Assembly: GCA_025359965.1 (NCBI GenBank)
Contig: JANYDC010000015.1
Span: 8,885 to 72,884 of the forward strand
DNA: 64,000 nucleotides
Direction of reading: 5' to 3'
Origin: Pedosphaera sp.
GTDB lineage: Bacteria > Verrucomicrobiota > Verrucomicrobiia > Limisphaerales > SXQI01
Numbering within the stretch: the stretch's first letter is position 1; every line of letters starts with the position of its first letter. Of this stretch, positions 1 through 9,549 are shown piece by piece. Both the position numbers and the translations under genes were made by a program. The notes under the pieces were generated by a model. The model saw only the letters and a program-made list of their open reading frames with translations, was not told where the DNA came from and ran no database searches.

Positions 1-1797
1 TTTAGTGGTTCTATGAGTATCACCGACCAAGGCTCGGGCAGCTTTTCAGGCGGACATTCCATGTTGCGCGGGCCGCTGAGAGTCGGTTCCCATCTATATC
101 TCGAACACAATCACGTCATGGAGCTGGGGGCTTCAGCATCGCCCCATTATTTCGACGGTTTCAGCATCGAAATTGCTCCGGGTTCCCGCACCTATCAGTA
201 TCCAGCCAGTGAATTGCACACCCTGGCGGGAAGCGTGTTGGAGGTTCACGCGACGGACACCAACACGGCTGTAGTGCGAATCCTCGGCGCGGACGTGAGC
301 ACTGACAATGGGACGTCTGCGCAGCCGGTGCCACCGGATTTGAGGTCGTTATTTGTGAACGATGGGGAGCTGCGCAAAACCGGGCCGGGTGTGGCGTCGA
401 TTAGCGCGGTGCAGTTCGAAAGCAATGGACTGATTGATGTTCGTGAGGGGACTTTGCAATTGGCTACATCGCTATCGCCCCTCAATCTCAACGGGTTGTT
501 CCGGATTGCACCCTCGGCTACGCTGCAAGTGGACCGGTTTGGGAACAACACGGCAGCCACCTTTGGGCGGGCCGCGAATTTTGAAGGGCAGGGGACGCTG
601 GTTCTGGGCTCCGTGACTGTGCAGAGCGACTATCGATTCGAGGGACTGACGCGAGTCGGTTCTGCCGTGCAATTTACAGGACCGGTTAGATCGGCGGCGC
701 CGTGGCTGATTCGGGGGGCTGCCACTTTCTCCGGCTTGTCCACAGAGCTGACCGGCCCGGTGACCTTGGCTGGCGGGACGATGGTATTCAACAGTCCCAC
801 CGAAACGGTGCTGCCCGACCTCACTGTCTCGAAGATTGATTTTTCGGCGGGGGGAACGCTATCAGGCAAAGGCAGTGTGCGACTGACAGGTTCACTCGTC
901 ATCTCCAATACCCTAAACCTCGGGTATGGCCCAACGCTCAAGACGGCTTTGGACGGTCCCGTGGATATACGCACCAATCTTTTGGCCAATCATGCGACCT
1001 TCAACGGTGCGGCTGTCTGGCACGGTGGTTCGGTATCGTTCGGCGAAAGCACTACGATTTCGCCTTCGGGTTCGTTCGAGATGGCTTCCGAGAGCCCGTT
1101 GAACACTTGGCAAAGTGTGGGTTTTTTCAATCGAGGGACGGTAAGCAAGACGAGTTCCGGTGTGACCAGAGTCGATATGCAATTTGGCACATGGTTGAAT
1201 ACAGGTTTATTCGTTGGCGCGGCTGGCCAGATTCTTTTCAATTCCGGCAGTTACCAGCAAACAACAGGTGAAACCCGGTTAAGCGGCATTGACCTGCAGT
1301 TTAGTGACTTCACGGTGAATGATCAGTTTATCATGAGCGGCGGACGGTTGACTGGGACGGGAAACCTGGGAGGCAACGTACGGGTTTTTGGAACGGGTGA
1401 GATTGCACCCGGTTCGCCGATTGGTACTCTCGTGCTGAGCAATGCGCTTCGCGATGTTTCGGTGCGTTTTCAAAAGGCCGCCAACGAGCCAGGGCCGCAG
1501 TTGTCGATTGATATTGCCGGTCTGGTCCCGGGCACTGAGTTTGATCAGGTGCTGGTGAAGGGCAGCGTGACGGTGCTGGGCACGTTAAACATCAACCTGC
1601 TCAACGGTTACCTGCCCAACATTGGCGACAAGTTCCAAATCCTGAGTTGCACGGATTTTCAATCTGATGGATCGGTTAACAGACGTTTCGCCAATGTCAC
1701 CGGGGCAGCTTTTGCCCCCGGCAAGGTCTTCAAGGTCAATTACGTGACCGCTGGGACCAATCGAGGGCTGTTGTTGGAGGTGGTGGCGGCGCCATGA
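1..1797 (+). CDS. C-terminal part of a large repetitive beta-helix / adhesin-like surface protein (5' end outside the window)
   Basis: The frame is open from nt 1 (F-S-G-S precede the first Met at 13). The 594+ aa are rich in G/T/S/N/L, with recurring GTLQL, GTLVLGS and GGTMVFNS type beta-strand repeats like autotransporter-associated repeats. There is no beta-barrel or recognisable anchor at the C-terminus. Confidence 0.6.
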   Translation, partial: FSGSMSITDQGSGSFSGGHSMLRGPLRVGSHLYLEHNHVMELGASASPHYFDGFSIEIAPGSRTYQYPASELHTLAGSVLEVHATDTNTAVVRILGADVSTDNGTSAQPVPPDLRSLFVNDGELRKTGPGVASISAVQFESNGLIDVREGTLQLATSLSPLNLNGLFRIAPSATLQVDRFGNNTAATFGRAANFEGQGTLVLGSVTVQSDYRFEGLTRVGSAVQFTGPVRSAAPWLIRGAATFSGLSTELTGPVTLAGGTMVFNSPTETVLPDLTVSKIDFSAGGTLSGKGSVRLTGSLVISNTLNLGYGPTLKTALDGPVDIRTNLLANHATFNGAAVWHGGSVSFGESTTISPSGSFEMASESPLNTWQSVGFFNRGTVSKTSSGVTRVDMQFGTWLNTGLFVGAAGQILFNSGSYQQTTGETRLSGIDLQFSDFTVNDQFIMSGGRLTGTGNLGGNVRVFGTGEIAPGSPIGTLVLSNALRDVSVRFQKAANEPGPQLSIDIAGLVPGTEFDQVLVKGSVTVLGTLNINLLNGYLPNIGDKFQILSCTDFQSDGSVNRRFANVTGAAFAPGKVFKVNYVTAGTNRGLLLEVVAAP

Positions 1798-2019
1798 GTT
1801 TTTGGGCTGTAAAATCAGGTTGAATTAGCTCTTGGCAAGCTTCTTTTGCTCTGATTGAATGCAAAGTTCATTCTTGCTCCGAAAGGGCGAGGATGAGGAA
1901 CGGCCGCAAAATTCTGCGCTCTAGGGAGTGCGGAGGGCCATAATAACATCGGACATCAATCCCGTGTTCCGCGGGATGGCAGCATTAAATGTTGAGCTGC
2001 TTCGAACCAAAGGAAAATT

Positions 2020-2817
2020 GTGATCAATATCGGAGTTAAAGAATTGTTGGATTGCGGTGTGCATTTCGGCCACCAGACCCGTCGGTGGAATCCGAAGATG
2101 AAACGTTTCATTTTCGACGCCCGCAACGGCATTCATGTCGTTGACCTGAGCAAGACCCTTGCGCAGCTTGAACAAGCCTGCGCGTTTCTGGATAAGATTG
2201 TTTCCAAGGGTGGTCGTATTCTTTTCGTTGGCACCAAGAAGCAGGCACAAGAGGCGATTCGTGAATCGGCCGCTGCCTGCGGTCAGATGCACGTCACGGA
2301 GCGTTGGCTCGGTGGCACCCTGACCAACCTGAAGACGATCAAGCGCTCGCTGGGACGGATGCGCACGATTGAGAAGATGGAAGAGGACGGATCGATCAAC
2401 GATTACGTCAAGCAGGAGCAATCGGCCATTCGCCGCGAGGCAGCCCGTTTGCACAAGAATTTGGACGGTATCCGCGTTTTGGACGGCAATCCTGCCGCGA
2501 TGTTCGTGATCGATATCAAACGCGAGCACAACGCCGTTGCTGAAGCCCGCAAGCTGAAGATCCCCATCGTGGCGCTGGTTGACACGAATTGTGATCCTGA
2601 CCTGGCTGATTATCCCATCCCGGGGAACGACGACGCCATCCGTTCTGTGCGCCTGATCCTGAGTGTGGTTTCGCAATCGATCGCCGCCAGCCGCGCCGAG
2701 TACGAAGCCCGCCACGGCCGCAAAAAAGAAGAGCAAACCGCAGCGGCCGCTGCGGAGGCTGCTCCTGCCGCTGAAGCCGCTGCTGTCGAGGCTGCGCCCG
2801 CTGAAGTCGCGAGCTAA
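2020..2817 (+). CDS. rpsB: 30S ribosomal protein S2
   Basis: [22 protein letters not shown] and [12 protein letters not shown] are textbook S2 motifs. GTG start preceded by AAAGGAAAA. A/E-rich C-terminal tail. Confidence 0.97.
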   Translation: MINIGVKELLDCGVHFGHQTRRWNPKMKRFIFDARNGIHVVDLSKTLAQLEQACAFLDKIVSKGGRILFVGTKKQAQEAIRESAAACGQMHVTERWLGGTLTNLKTIKRSLGRMRTIEKMEEDGSINDYVKQEQSAIRREAARLHKNLDGIRVLDGNPAAMFVIDIKREHNAVAEARKLKIPIVALVDTNCDPDLADYPIPGNDDAIRSVRLILSVVSQSIAASRAEYEARHGRKKEEQTAAAAAEAAPAAEAAAVEAAPAEVAS

Positions 2818-2892
2818 TTGATCCGAATCTTCGTCGGGCCGCGCGGGAAACTGTGCGGCCCGACAAACCTTTACCGATACCCCCCAGACACT

Positions 2893-3729
2893 ATGGCTGA
2901 GATTACTGCCGCAAATGTTGGCAAGCTGCGCGAGATGACCAACGCGGGCTTGATGGATTGCAAAAAAGCGCTGACGGAAGCCGCTGGCGACCTCGAAGTT
3001 GCTGTGGATATCCTGCGCAAAAAGGGTGTTGCCACCGCCGCCAAGAAGGCCTCCCGAGACGCCAACGAAGGCGTGATCGCGCAGTACATCCAGCCGGGCG
3101 CCCGCGTGGGTGTGCTGGTCGAGATCAACTGCGAAACAGATTTCGTGGCCAAGAACGACGCGTTCCGTGCGTTTGCCGATGAAGTGGCGCGCACCATCGC
3201 CGCTGGCGGCGACGTCGAGACGCTTCGTATTGCTGCTGTGGCCAAGATGGGCGAGAACATCAAGGTCTCGCGTCATCAACGCCTCGAAGTGGCTGGCAAT
3301 GGTTTGATTGCGGCCTACATCCACACCGGCGCCAAAGTCGGTGTGTTGGTTGAGGTTGGATCGGGCAAGGAAGCCACCACTCAGGTGGAGGATTTCAAGC
3401 AGTTGGTCCGCGATATCACGCTCCAAATCGCTGCCGCAAGCCCTACCTCCGTCAATCGTGACGGGGTGGATGCTTCTGTGATCGCGAAGGAAAAGGAAAT
3501 CGCCGCCGAACAGGCCAAGGGCAAGCCCGCCGCTGCCATCGACAAAATCGTGCAGGGTAAAATGGACAAGTATTTCCAGAGCTATTGTCTGGTTGACCAG
3601 GGTTTCGTGAAACGCAGCGGCGAAGTCAGTGTCGGCGAACACATCGGATCTGTGGCCAAGCAATTGGGTGACGAGGTCAGCGTGCGCCGTTTCATCCGCT
3701 TCCAAGTGGGTGAAGGCTTCACCAGCTAA
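2893..3729 (+). CDS. tsf: Translation elongation factor Ts
   Basis: The ATG at 2893 gives MAEITAANVGKLREMTNAGLMDCKKAL, the EF-Ts N-terminal UBA-like motif. The ORF-track start at 2818 is an upstream extension. Canonical rpsB-tsf pair. Confidence 0.97.
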   Translation: MAEITAANVGKLREMTNAGLMDCKKALTEAAGDLEVAVDILRKKGVATAAKKASRDANEGVIAQYIQPGARVGVLVEINCETDFVAKNDAFRAFADEVARTIAAGGDVETLRIAAVAKMGENIKVSRHQRLEVAGNGLIAAYIHTGAKVGVLVEVGSGKEATTQVEDFKQLVRDITLQIAAASPTSVNRDGVDASVIAKEKEIAAEQAKGKPAAAIDKIVQGKMDKYFQSYCLVDQGFVKRSGEVSVGEHIGSVAKQLGDEVSVRRFIRFQVGEGFTS

Positions 3730-3747
3730 TCGAACGATTTTTCATGA

Positions 3748-3784
3748 GCGGCCTTCCTTGATTGGAGGGCCGCTTTTTTGTTTT
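3748..3784 (+). terminator. Rho-independent terminator after tsf
   Basis: GCGGCCTTCC (3748-3757) pairs with GGAGGGCCGC (3764-3773) around a 6-nt loop, followed by TTTTTTGTTTT. Confidence 0.8.
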
Positions 3785-3798
3785 GGCCGGGCCACTCG

Positions 3799-4863
3799 CT
3801 AGCATCTCAGGCCGGTATCCGATGCGAATTCCAGCGACTTGCCGGGAATTATCGCTATGCGCAAGGAATCACCCACGGCATAGCTGTGTTCCGCAGATCT
3901 CCACCGCAACTCGACGCCTTCGGGCGAGACGGTTTTTAGTGTGTAGACTGTTTCGTGGCCACCAAACTCCCGCTGTATTACGGTGACGAGCATACCCTCA
4001 CCGGGTGCGGCCACGCGAAGGTCTTCCGCGCGAAAGCAACTGGTCCTGCCGGGCGAAAGTCGGCTTTCATTCTCCATGTTCAGGCTGCACATGTGCGGCT
4101 TGGAGGTGAATATGTTGATGCTCGGCGAGCCCAAGAGTTGAGCGGTGGCGAGATGCTGTGGGTTTAGATAAAGCTCCTGCGACGCGGCGCACTCCAGCAC
4201 GCGTCCGTCGCTTAAAATGGCAAGACGATCCGCCAGGGCCATAGCCTCGGTCTGATCATGGGTGACATAGACCAAGGTCAGTCGTCTACGCTGTTGCCAG
4301 TCCCTTAGCATCCGGCGCAATTCGGTTCGACTGGCCATGTCCAATTGCGATAAGGGCTCATCGCACAACAGGAGTGGACGATCTCGGCTTAGTGCCCTTG
4401 CGAGGCTGACGCGTTGTTTCTCACCGCCGGAAAGTTGATCCGGTCGTTTGTCCATCCATGTGCCGATTCCAGTGTGGGCAATCACCTCGTTCAGCACTTC
4501 TGCGGTTTTGCCGGTGATTTTGCCTAGGCCGAACTCAAGGTTGCCCCGAACATTCAAATGCGGGTAAAGCGCGGCTTCCTGAAAGACCATGGCCACGCCT
4601 CGTTTTTCGGGTGGCATGGTCTTATCCCAAAGGCGGCCTTCGCAATGGATCGAGCCGGCGTCCGGTTGTTCGAAGCCTGCGAGCAGCCGTAGTGTGGTGG
4701 TCTTGCCGCTCCCGGAAGCGCCCAGTAACACAAGGCATTCGCCCTTCGCGATTTCCAGGTCAAGTCCTCGTAAGACTGGTTGAGGAGGATCCTTCCGATG
4801 GCGGGGGAACGATTTCTGCACCCCGCGCAGTTGTAACCAAGGCTCTGGGGTGAGGCCACTCAT
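3799..4863 (-). CDS. ABC importer-type ATP-binding protein (MalK/UgpC/PotA-like, C-terminal TOBE-like domain)
   Basis: Walker A GASGSGKTT, signature LSGGEKQRV, Walker B LLLCDEPLS, H-loop VTHD. I chose the start at MSGLTPEPWLQL (ATG at 4861-4863), which overlaps the pyrF stop as ATGA. The ORF-track start at 4941 would run into pyrF. Confidence 0.9.
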   Translation of the reverse strand: MSGLTPEPWLQLRGVQKSFPRHRKDPPQPVLRGLDLEIAKGECLVLLGASGSGKTTTLRLLAGFEQPDAGSIHCEGRLWDKTMPPEKRGVAMVFQEAALYPHLNVRGNLEFGLGKITGKTAEVLNEVIAHTGIGTWMDKRPDQLSGGEKQRVSLARALSRDRPLLLCDEPLSQLDMASRTELRRMLRDWQQRRRLTLVYVTHDQTEAMALADRLAILSDGRVLECAASQELYLNPQHLATAQLLGSPSINIFTSKPHMCSLNMENESRLSPGRTSCFRAEDLRVAAPGEGMLVTVIQREFGGHETVYTLKTVSPEGVELRWRSAEHSYAVGDSLRIAIIPGKSLEFASDTGLRC

Positions 4864-5567
4864 GCGAGGCTGGCCAGGATGGCTTGTGCGGCGGCTTTGG
4901 GGTTGGCAGCAGCGTAGATGGGGCGACCAATCACCAGCCAAGTGCTTCCAGCGGCGATGGCTTCCTTGGGAGTCATGGTTCGTTTTTGATCGTCACCGCC
5001 GGGACCAGCGGGACGTATGCCCGGAGTCACCAAGGCGAAATCTTTGGGCAATCGCTTGCGCAGCATCGGCACTTCGAGGGGCGAACAGACTAATCCACGC
5101 AGACCTGCTTTTACGGCGAGGTCGGCCAGGTGTTCAACTTGGTCGGTGAGTCCGCGCTCTATGCCCAGTTCGCGAAGGTTTGCTTCATCCATGCTGGTCA
5201 GGACGGTCACGCCCAGCAAGAGAGGCGCGGGGAGCCCGAGATGCGATGCTTCCTTTTGAGCTGCTTCTTCGGCGGCGCGCATCATGTCCACGCCTCCGCT
5301 GGTGTGGATGGTGAGCATTTGGACGTCGAGACGAACGGCGGCGGCGACGGCTTTGGCCACAGTGTTGGGGATGTCGTGGAATTTCAGATCAAGAAATATG
5401 TTCGCTCCGGCGGCGCGTAATTCTCGGACTATGGCGGGACCGCTGGTGACGAACAGTTCTTTGCCAATCTTGATGGCTCCAACCACGGGGGCCAGTTCGG
5501 CGGACAAGCGACGCGCCTCATCAACCTCGGCCACGTCCATCGCCACGATTATCGGATTACTTACCAT
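4860..5567 (-). CDS. pyrF: Orotidine 5'-phosphate decarboxylase
   Basis: PIIVAMDV...IKIGKELF...FLDLKFHDIPNTV...LVIGRPI motifs. Start chosen at MVSNPIIVAMD (ATG 5565-5567). Confidence 0.93.
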   Translation of the reverse strand: MVSNPIIVAMDVAEVDEARRLSAELAPVVGAIKIGKELFVTSGPAIVRELRAAGANIFLDLKFHDIPNTVAKAVAAAVRLDVQMLTIHTSGGVDMMRAAEEAAQKEASHLGLPAPLLLGVTVLTSMDEANLRELGIERGLTDQVEHLADLAVKAGLRGLVCSPLEVPMLRKRLPKDFALVTPGIRPAGPGGDDQKRTMTPKEAIAAGSTWLVIGRPIYAAANPKAAAQAILASLA

Positions 5568-5760
5568 GATGGCCGAGTATCGGATGGGCAGAGCTGCTTT
5601 GAAACCCAAAAAATGGGGTAGTGGAGCGCGACAGGATGGATGTAACCGGCGAGTAACCTAGCCGCGCTCCTTGACGATGAGCGGGGAGTGACTCAAGATT
5701 GGGTCTGCGGACGATTCCCAGCCGGTTGAACGGTTTCTGGGGTGGTTCACGACCTGACTC

Positions 5761-6942
5761 ATGAAGAAACCGTCTCTGTTGATTATATTTTTGAGTGTCT
5801 TTATTGACCTCATCGGCTTTGGCATAGTGATGCCGCTGCTGCCGCTTTATAGCGAGCGATTTGGCGCGCATGGAATTTGGATCGGCATGATCCCCGCCTC
5901 GTTCTCGATCATGCAATTTTTGTTTGCTCCGGCCTGGGGCAGATTGTCCGACCGGATCGGCCGGCGTCCGGTGCTTCTTATCAGCAATGCGGGTTCGGCG
6001 GTTTCTTACGGCTTGTTTGCCTATGCGTCGACGTTGCAAGGGCAGACGGGCCTGTGGATTTTGGTGGCTTCGCGCGTGTTCGCTGGTATAGCGGGTGCGA
6101 ATTTATCGGTGGCGTCGGCATACATTGCTGACGTGACCACGAAGGAGAAAAGATCGAAGGGAATGGGGTTAATCGGGATGGCTTTTGGCTTCGGGTTTGT
6201 GGTTGGCCCTGCGCTGGGTGGTTTCGCATTTAAGAAATTTGGTCTGGCCGGGCCCGGTTGTGTGGCGGCTGCACTTTGCACGCTCAATTTTGTGTTGGGC
6301 TGTTTCATCCTTGTGGAGAGCCTCAAGCCCGGCTCGGAAAGTGCGGCCAAACGGGCACGCTGGGATCAGTGGATTCACACCCTGCGCCAGCCCACGGTGG
6401 GCATGGTCATCGGCATTTATTTTCTGGCGACCCTGTGCTTTGCCTGTTTTGAAACGACCTTTGGTCTGCTGCTGACCAAGAGCTTTGGTTACACCACTGA
6501 TACCATTACCTATCTGTTCACTTACTGCGGAATCCTTGCGGCTGTTTTGCAGGGTGGGTTGATTGGAAGGCTGGTCAAGGCGATGGGTGAGCGGAAACTG
6601 ATTCCTGTGAGCATGTTCGTGACGGCTATTGGGCTGTTTATGCTTCCGTTCTCGGGCAGCATGGCGGTCCTGCTTATTGGGTTGGCTGTTTTTGCCGCCG
6701 GTTCGGGGATGAACCGGCCACCCACGTTTGGGCTGATCTCAGTGCTTACGCCGCCGACCGAGCAGGGCGCAGTATTGGGGGTGACACAGAGCGCTGGGAC
6801 TTTGGCTCGAATTTTCGGGCCGCCGCTGGCCACCACCATTTTTGCCCAACATCCGTTTACGCCTTACTTTTTCTGTGCTGGATTGGCATTTGTCACAGGC
6901 ATTTTTGCGTGGGGCAAACTGGCCAGCCCGGCAAAGGTATGA
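5761..6942 (+). CDS. MFS transporter (TetA/DHA1-like)
   Basis: About 12 hydrophobic helices. The MFS signature GRLSDRIGRRPVL lies after TM2, and the N-terminus FLSVFIDLIGFGIVMPLLP is TetA-like. Confidence 0.85.
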   Translation: MKKPSLLIIFLSVFIDLIGFGIVMPLLPLYSERFGAHGIWIGMIPASFSIMQFLFAPAWGRLSDRIGRRPVLLISNAGSAVSYGLFAYASTLQGQTGLWILVASRVFAGIAGANLSVASAYIADVTTKEKRSKGMGLIGMAFGFGFVVGPALGGFAFKKFGLAGPGCVAAALCTLNFVLGCFILVESLKPGSESAAKRARWDQWIHTLRQPTVGMVIGIYFLATLCFACFETTFGLLLTKSFGYTTDTITYLFTYCGILAAVLQGGLIGRLVKAMGERKLIPVSMFVTAIGLFMLPFSGSMAVLLIGLAVFAAGSGMNRPPTFGLISVLTPPTEQGAVLGVTQSAGTLARIFGPPLATTIFAQHPFTPYFFCAGLAFVTGIFAWGKLASPAKV

Positions 6943-6957
6943 TCCCTGCCCGCCTGA

Positions 6958-7722
6958 TCATAATGGCGACATCCATTGGGCGGCTTGGAGCATGTCCATA
7001 GGAATGCGCTTGAGGTAGTTGGCAATGTGCAGGGCCATCAGGTTGCAGGTGAGGCCGAAGACCATCATGGTTGTGAGAGTCCTGATGGGAAAGCTTTCGG
7101 CGAAGACATTCATTTGCGGGACAGCGCGCCCGAGCAGCGAAAGCACCATCGAAACAACGAATGAACAGCCAAGGACGGGGGCGGTCATTTGCAGGGCCAT
7201 CCCAAACATCTGTCCAACATAGTGCACCCCCCAGATTAACATTTCTTTGTGCATGACAGAGGCACCAATGGGAGCGATGTCAAAACTGCGCACAAGGGCG
7301 GCGAGAATGGAGTGGTGAAGGTTGCCACTGAGCATTAGAAGAAGGGTCAACCAGTAGAGGGCGATGGCGGGAATGGATTCGGAGGTGCCCGCCATTGGAT
7401 TGAATAAATTGGCGCTGCTGAAACCCATTTCCGACGATATAATATTGCCTGCCATTTCCACGGCGCTAAAAACCACTCGACACAGGAATCCAAGAATCAG
7501 CCCGATGCTGACTTCTTTGAGGATAATTAGGACGAGTTCCGCCATGGACGCATCAGCCAGGGAGGTTTGAGGCACAAGAGGGAGGACAATTATGCTTAGT
7601 AGCACGCCGCTTCCGATGCGAAGCGGGACAGGGACTTGTTGCACGCTCCAGAGGGGGAAGACGGCCAGCAGGGCGCCCACTCGGGAAAAGATCAACAGGG
7701 CTGTGACCATGTCGGCAGACAT
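6958..7722 (-). CDS. fliR: Flagellar export apparatus protein FliR
   Basis: Polytopic membrane protein directly after fliQ. FliR-like sequence (FSRVGALLAVFPLW...). I preferred the ATG at 7720-7722, because the ORF-track start at 7767 is a TTG overlapping fliQ. Confidence 0.88.
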   Translation of the reverse strand: MSADMVTALLIFSRVGALLAVFPLWSVQQVPVPLRIGSGVLLSIIVLPLVPQTSLADASMAELVLIILKEVSIGLILGFLCRVVFSAVEMAGNIISSEMGFSSANLFNPMAGTSESIPAIALYWLTLLLMLSGNLHHSILAALVRSFDIAPIGASVMHKEMLIWGVHYVGQMFGMALQMTAPVLGCSFVVSMVLSLLGRAVPQMNVFAESFPIRTLTTMMVFGLTCNLMALHIANYLKRIPMDMLQAAQWMSPL

Positions 7723-7738
7723 ATGGTGCAAACTGGGA

Positions 7739-8008
7739 TCAGCGGGCCATTTGAGGGATTTTGTCAATCATCCCGGCGGTGAATTCAACTGAGATTCGCA
7801 CCATCCAAGGGAGGGCAACGATGATTAAACCGGCGATACCGAGGGCTTTTGGGACAAAGGAAAGAGTTTGTTCGTGAATGGAGGTTACCGCCTGAAAGAG
7901 GCTGATGATAAGCCCGATGATCATCGAAACCAGCAATACTGGAGCGGCCAAAAGGATGGCCTGAAAGATCATGTTTTTTACCAACTCAACGGCGAGTTCG
8001 GGAGTCAT
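7739..8008 (-). CDS. fliQ: Flagellar export apparatus protein FliQ
   Basis: 89 aa with two TM helices. The sequence ...AAPVLLVSMIIGLIISLFQAVTSIHEQTLSFVPK is the FliQ signature. Confidence 0.95.
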   Translation of the reverse strand: MTPELAVELVKNMIFQAILLAAPVLLVSMIIGLIISLFQAVTSIHEQTLSFVPKALGIAGLIIVALPWMVRISVEFTAGMIDKIPQMAR

Positions 8009-8011
8009 AGA

Positions 8012-8803
8012 TTAGGTGGCAAAACTCAGGATGAGAGATTTGGTGATAAGGTTCCAACCATCGACCAGCACGAAGAGGAGGAGCTTCAAAGGGAGGGCGA
8101 TGGTGGCAGGCGGCATCATCATCATGCCAAGGCTCATGAGAACTGCGGCGACGACGAGATCAATTAGAATGAAAGGGATGAACAGAAGGAAGCCCATTTG
8201 AAAGGCGGTGCGGAGCTCGCTGATGATGAAGCTGGGGATGACCACTTTCAGGGGCATGTCGTCGGCACGAATGTCGCTTGATTTGGCCAGGCTCGCGAAG
8301 AGTTCGAGGTCTTTGAAGCGGGTCTGAGCAAGCATGAAACTGCGAATAGGCGCGCTGGCGGCGGCAAGGGCTTCGTCGTTGTTGAGAGTGCCGGCCATGT
8401 AAGGTTGCAGGGCGGTGGTGTTAATTTTGCTCCAGACTGGCTCCATGATGAAGTAGGTCATGAAAAGGGAGAGGCCAATAAGGATTTGGTTGGCGGGTGT
8501 GCCTTGCAAAGATAGAGCCGAACGGACGAACGAGAGGACGATGACGATCCGGGTGAAGCAGGTCATCAGCAAAATAATCGAAGGCGCAATGCTGAGGAGA
8601 GTGATGGTGATGAGCACCTTGATGGCCACATCAACATCTTTAGGGGACTGGCCCTGCTCGACTCCGAAATTGAAACGGACAGGAGGTATAGCGGTCGGCG
8701 CGGTCTGGGCAAGGATATTGCCACCCATCAAAAGGAGGAGCCCCAGAATGAGCCAGTGGCCACGCAACATATGGAAAAGACGAGCGTTCATCGGCGTTCC
8801 CAA
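8012..8803 (-). CDS. fliP: Flagellar export apparatus protein FliP
   Basis: Signal-like N-terminus, then conserved FliP blocks: TCFTRIVIVLSFVRSALSLQGTPANQILIGLSLFMTYFIM and FLLFIPFILIDLVVAAVLMSLGMMMMPP. Confidence 0.95.
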   Translation of the reverse strand: MGTPMNARLFHMLRGHWLILGLLLLMGGNILAQTAPTAIPPVRFNFGVEQGQSPKDVDVAIKVLITITLLSIAPSIILLMTCFTRIVIVLSFVRSALSLQGTPANQILIGLSLFMTYFIMEPVWSKINTTALQPYMAGTLNNDEALAAASAPIRSFMLAQTRFKDLELFASLAKSSDIRADDMPLKVVIPSFIISELRTAFQMGFLLFIPFILIDLVVAAVLMSLGMMMMPPATIALPLKLLLFVLVDGWNLITKSLILSFAT

Positions 8804-9279
8804 GCTGTGGCAAGGGCCTGGGCGAAGGAGGGAAGGGGAGGGGTTGCCGCGGACACCGGACCAGCGGACACTGCGGGGACCGAAGTGTCGTCAGGCAGGG
8901 TGGTCAGCATGGTGACGCCGGCTGGTGAGCAGGAAATCAAGAATCGCTGCCGGTCATAACCCACGACTGCCAAGCTTTGACGTGAACCCAGCGAGCGGGT
9001 TTCAACGACTTGAAGAAGAGATGTGCGGCCGCCGCGCTGCCAGTTTTGGGAGCGTTTCCAAAGCCAGACTCCGCCAAATAGTAATGCCATGACGATGGAG
9101 AAAGAGCCGGTCATGCGCAGTACGCTGGCTCCGGCATTCAGGCCGGCGGAGGGGATGGACAAACCTGACGCGACCTGATTGGTGGAATCGGCCAGAGCCG
9201 ACGACGCACTTATGGCCAGCCCCGCTGCGATGGCGCGGAGAGTTTTGCAGGAACTGGGCTTATGTACGGCGAGACTCAC
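8788..9279 (-). CDS. fliO: FliO-like flagellar biosynthesis protein
   Basis: Sits between fliN and fliP. One TM helix (FSIVMALLFGGVWLW) is followed by LLQVVETRSLGSRQSLAVVGYDRQRFLISCSP, which resembles the FliO core. The N-terminus is unusually long and signal-like. Confidence 0.65.
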   Translation of the reverse strand: MSLAVHKPSSCKTLRAIAAGLAISASSALADSTNQVASGLSIPSAGLNAGASVLRMTGSFSIVMALLFGGVWLWKRSQNWQRGGRTSLLQVVETRSLGSRQSLAVVGYDRQRFLISCSPAGVTMLTTLPDDTSVPAVSAGPVSAATPPLPSFAQALATAWERR

Positions 9280-9284
9280 AAGCT

Positions 9285-9539
9285 TTAGTTGGGAACACCG
9301 ATGAGTTCGGTGATTTTGATGCCAAACTTATTGTCAACGACGACTACTTCGCCGCGGGCAATTAGCTTCTGGTTCACGTTCAATTCAACCGGTGCGTCCG
9401 CAACTTTGTCCAACTGAACCACGGAACCGACGCCGAGTTGCAGAACCTCGCGCATGGGTAGAAAACAGGAGCCAAGCTCCACGGTCAGCCCGACGGGCAC
9501 ATCCATCAGCAAATTCAAATTGGCCGGGTAATTGCTCAT
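9285..9539 (-). CDS. fliN: Flagellar motor switch protein FliN (SpoA domain only)
   Basis: LLMDVPVGLTVELGSCFLPMREVLQLGVGSVVQLDKVADAPVELNVNQKLIARGEVVVVDNKFGIKITE is a typical FliN/SpoA domain. I chose the ATG at 9537-9539, because the ORF-track start at 9611 is a TTG inside fliM. Confidence 0.88.
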   Translation of the reverse strand: MSNYPANLNLLMDVPVGLTVELGSCFLPMREVLQLGVGSVVQLDKVADAPVELNVNQKLIARGEVVVVDNKFGIKITELIGVPN

Positions 9540-9549
9540 ACATTCACTA

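Noticed and set aside
1921-3705. A 594-aa ORF on the minus strand spanning all of rpsB and most of tsf. By coincidence it has the same length as the first plus-strand ORF.
   Set aside because: The plus-strand products carry unmistakable S2 and EF-Ts motifs. The antisense ORF is in exact codon phase with both genes (all codons start at positions congruent to 1 mod 3). Its stops would therefore require sense codons TTA, CTA or TCA, which highly expressed genes avoid. Its product is low-complexity Arg/Ala/Gly/Leu-rich sequence.
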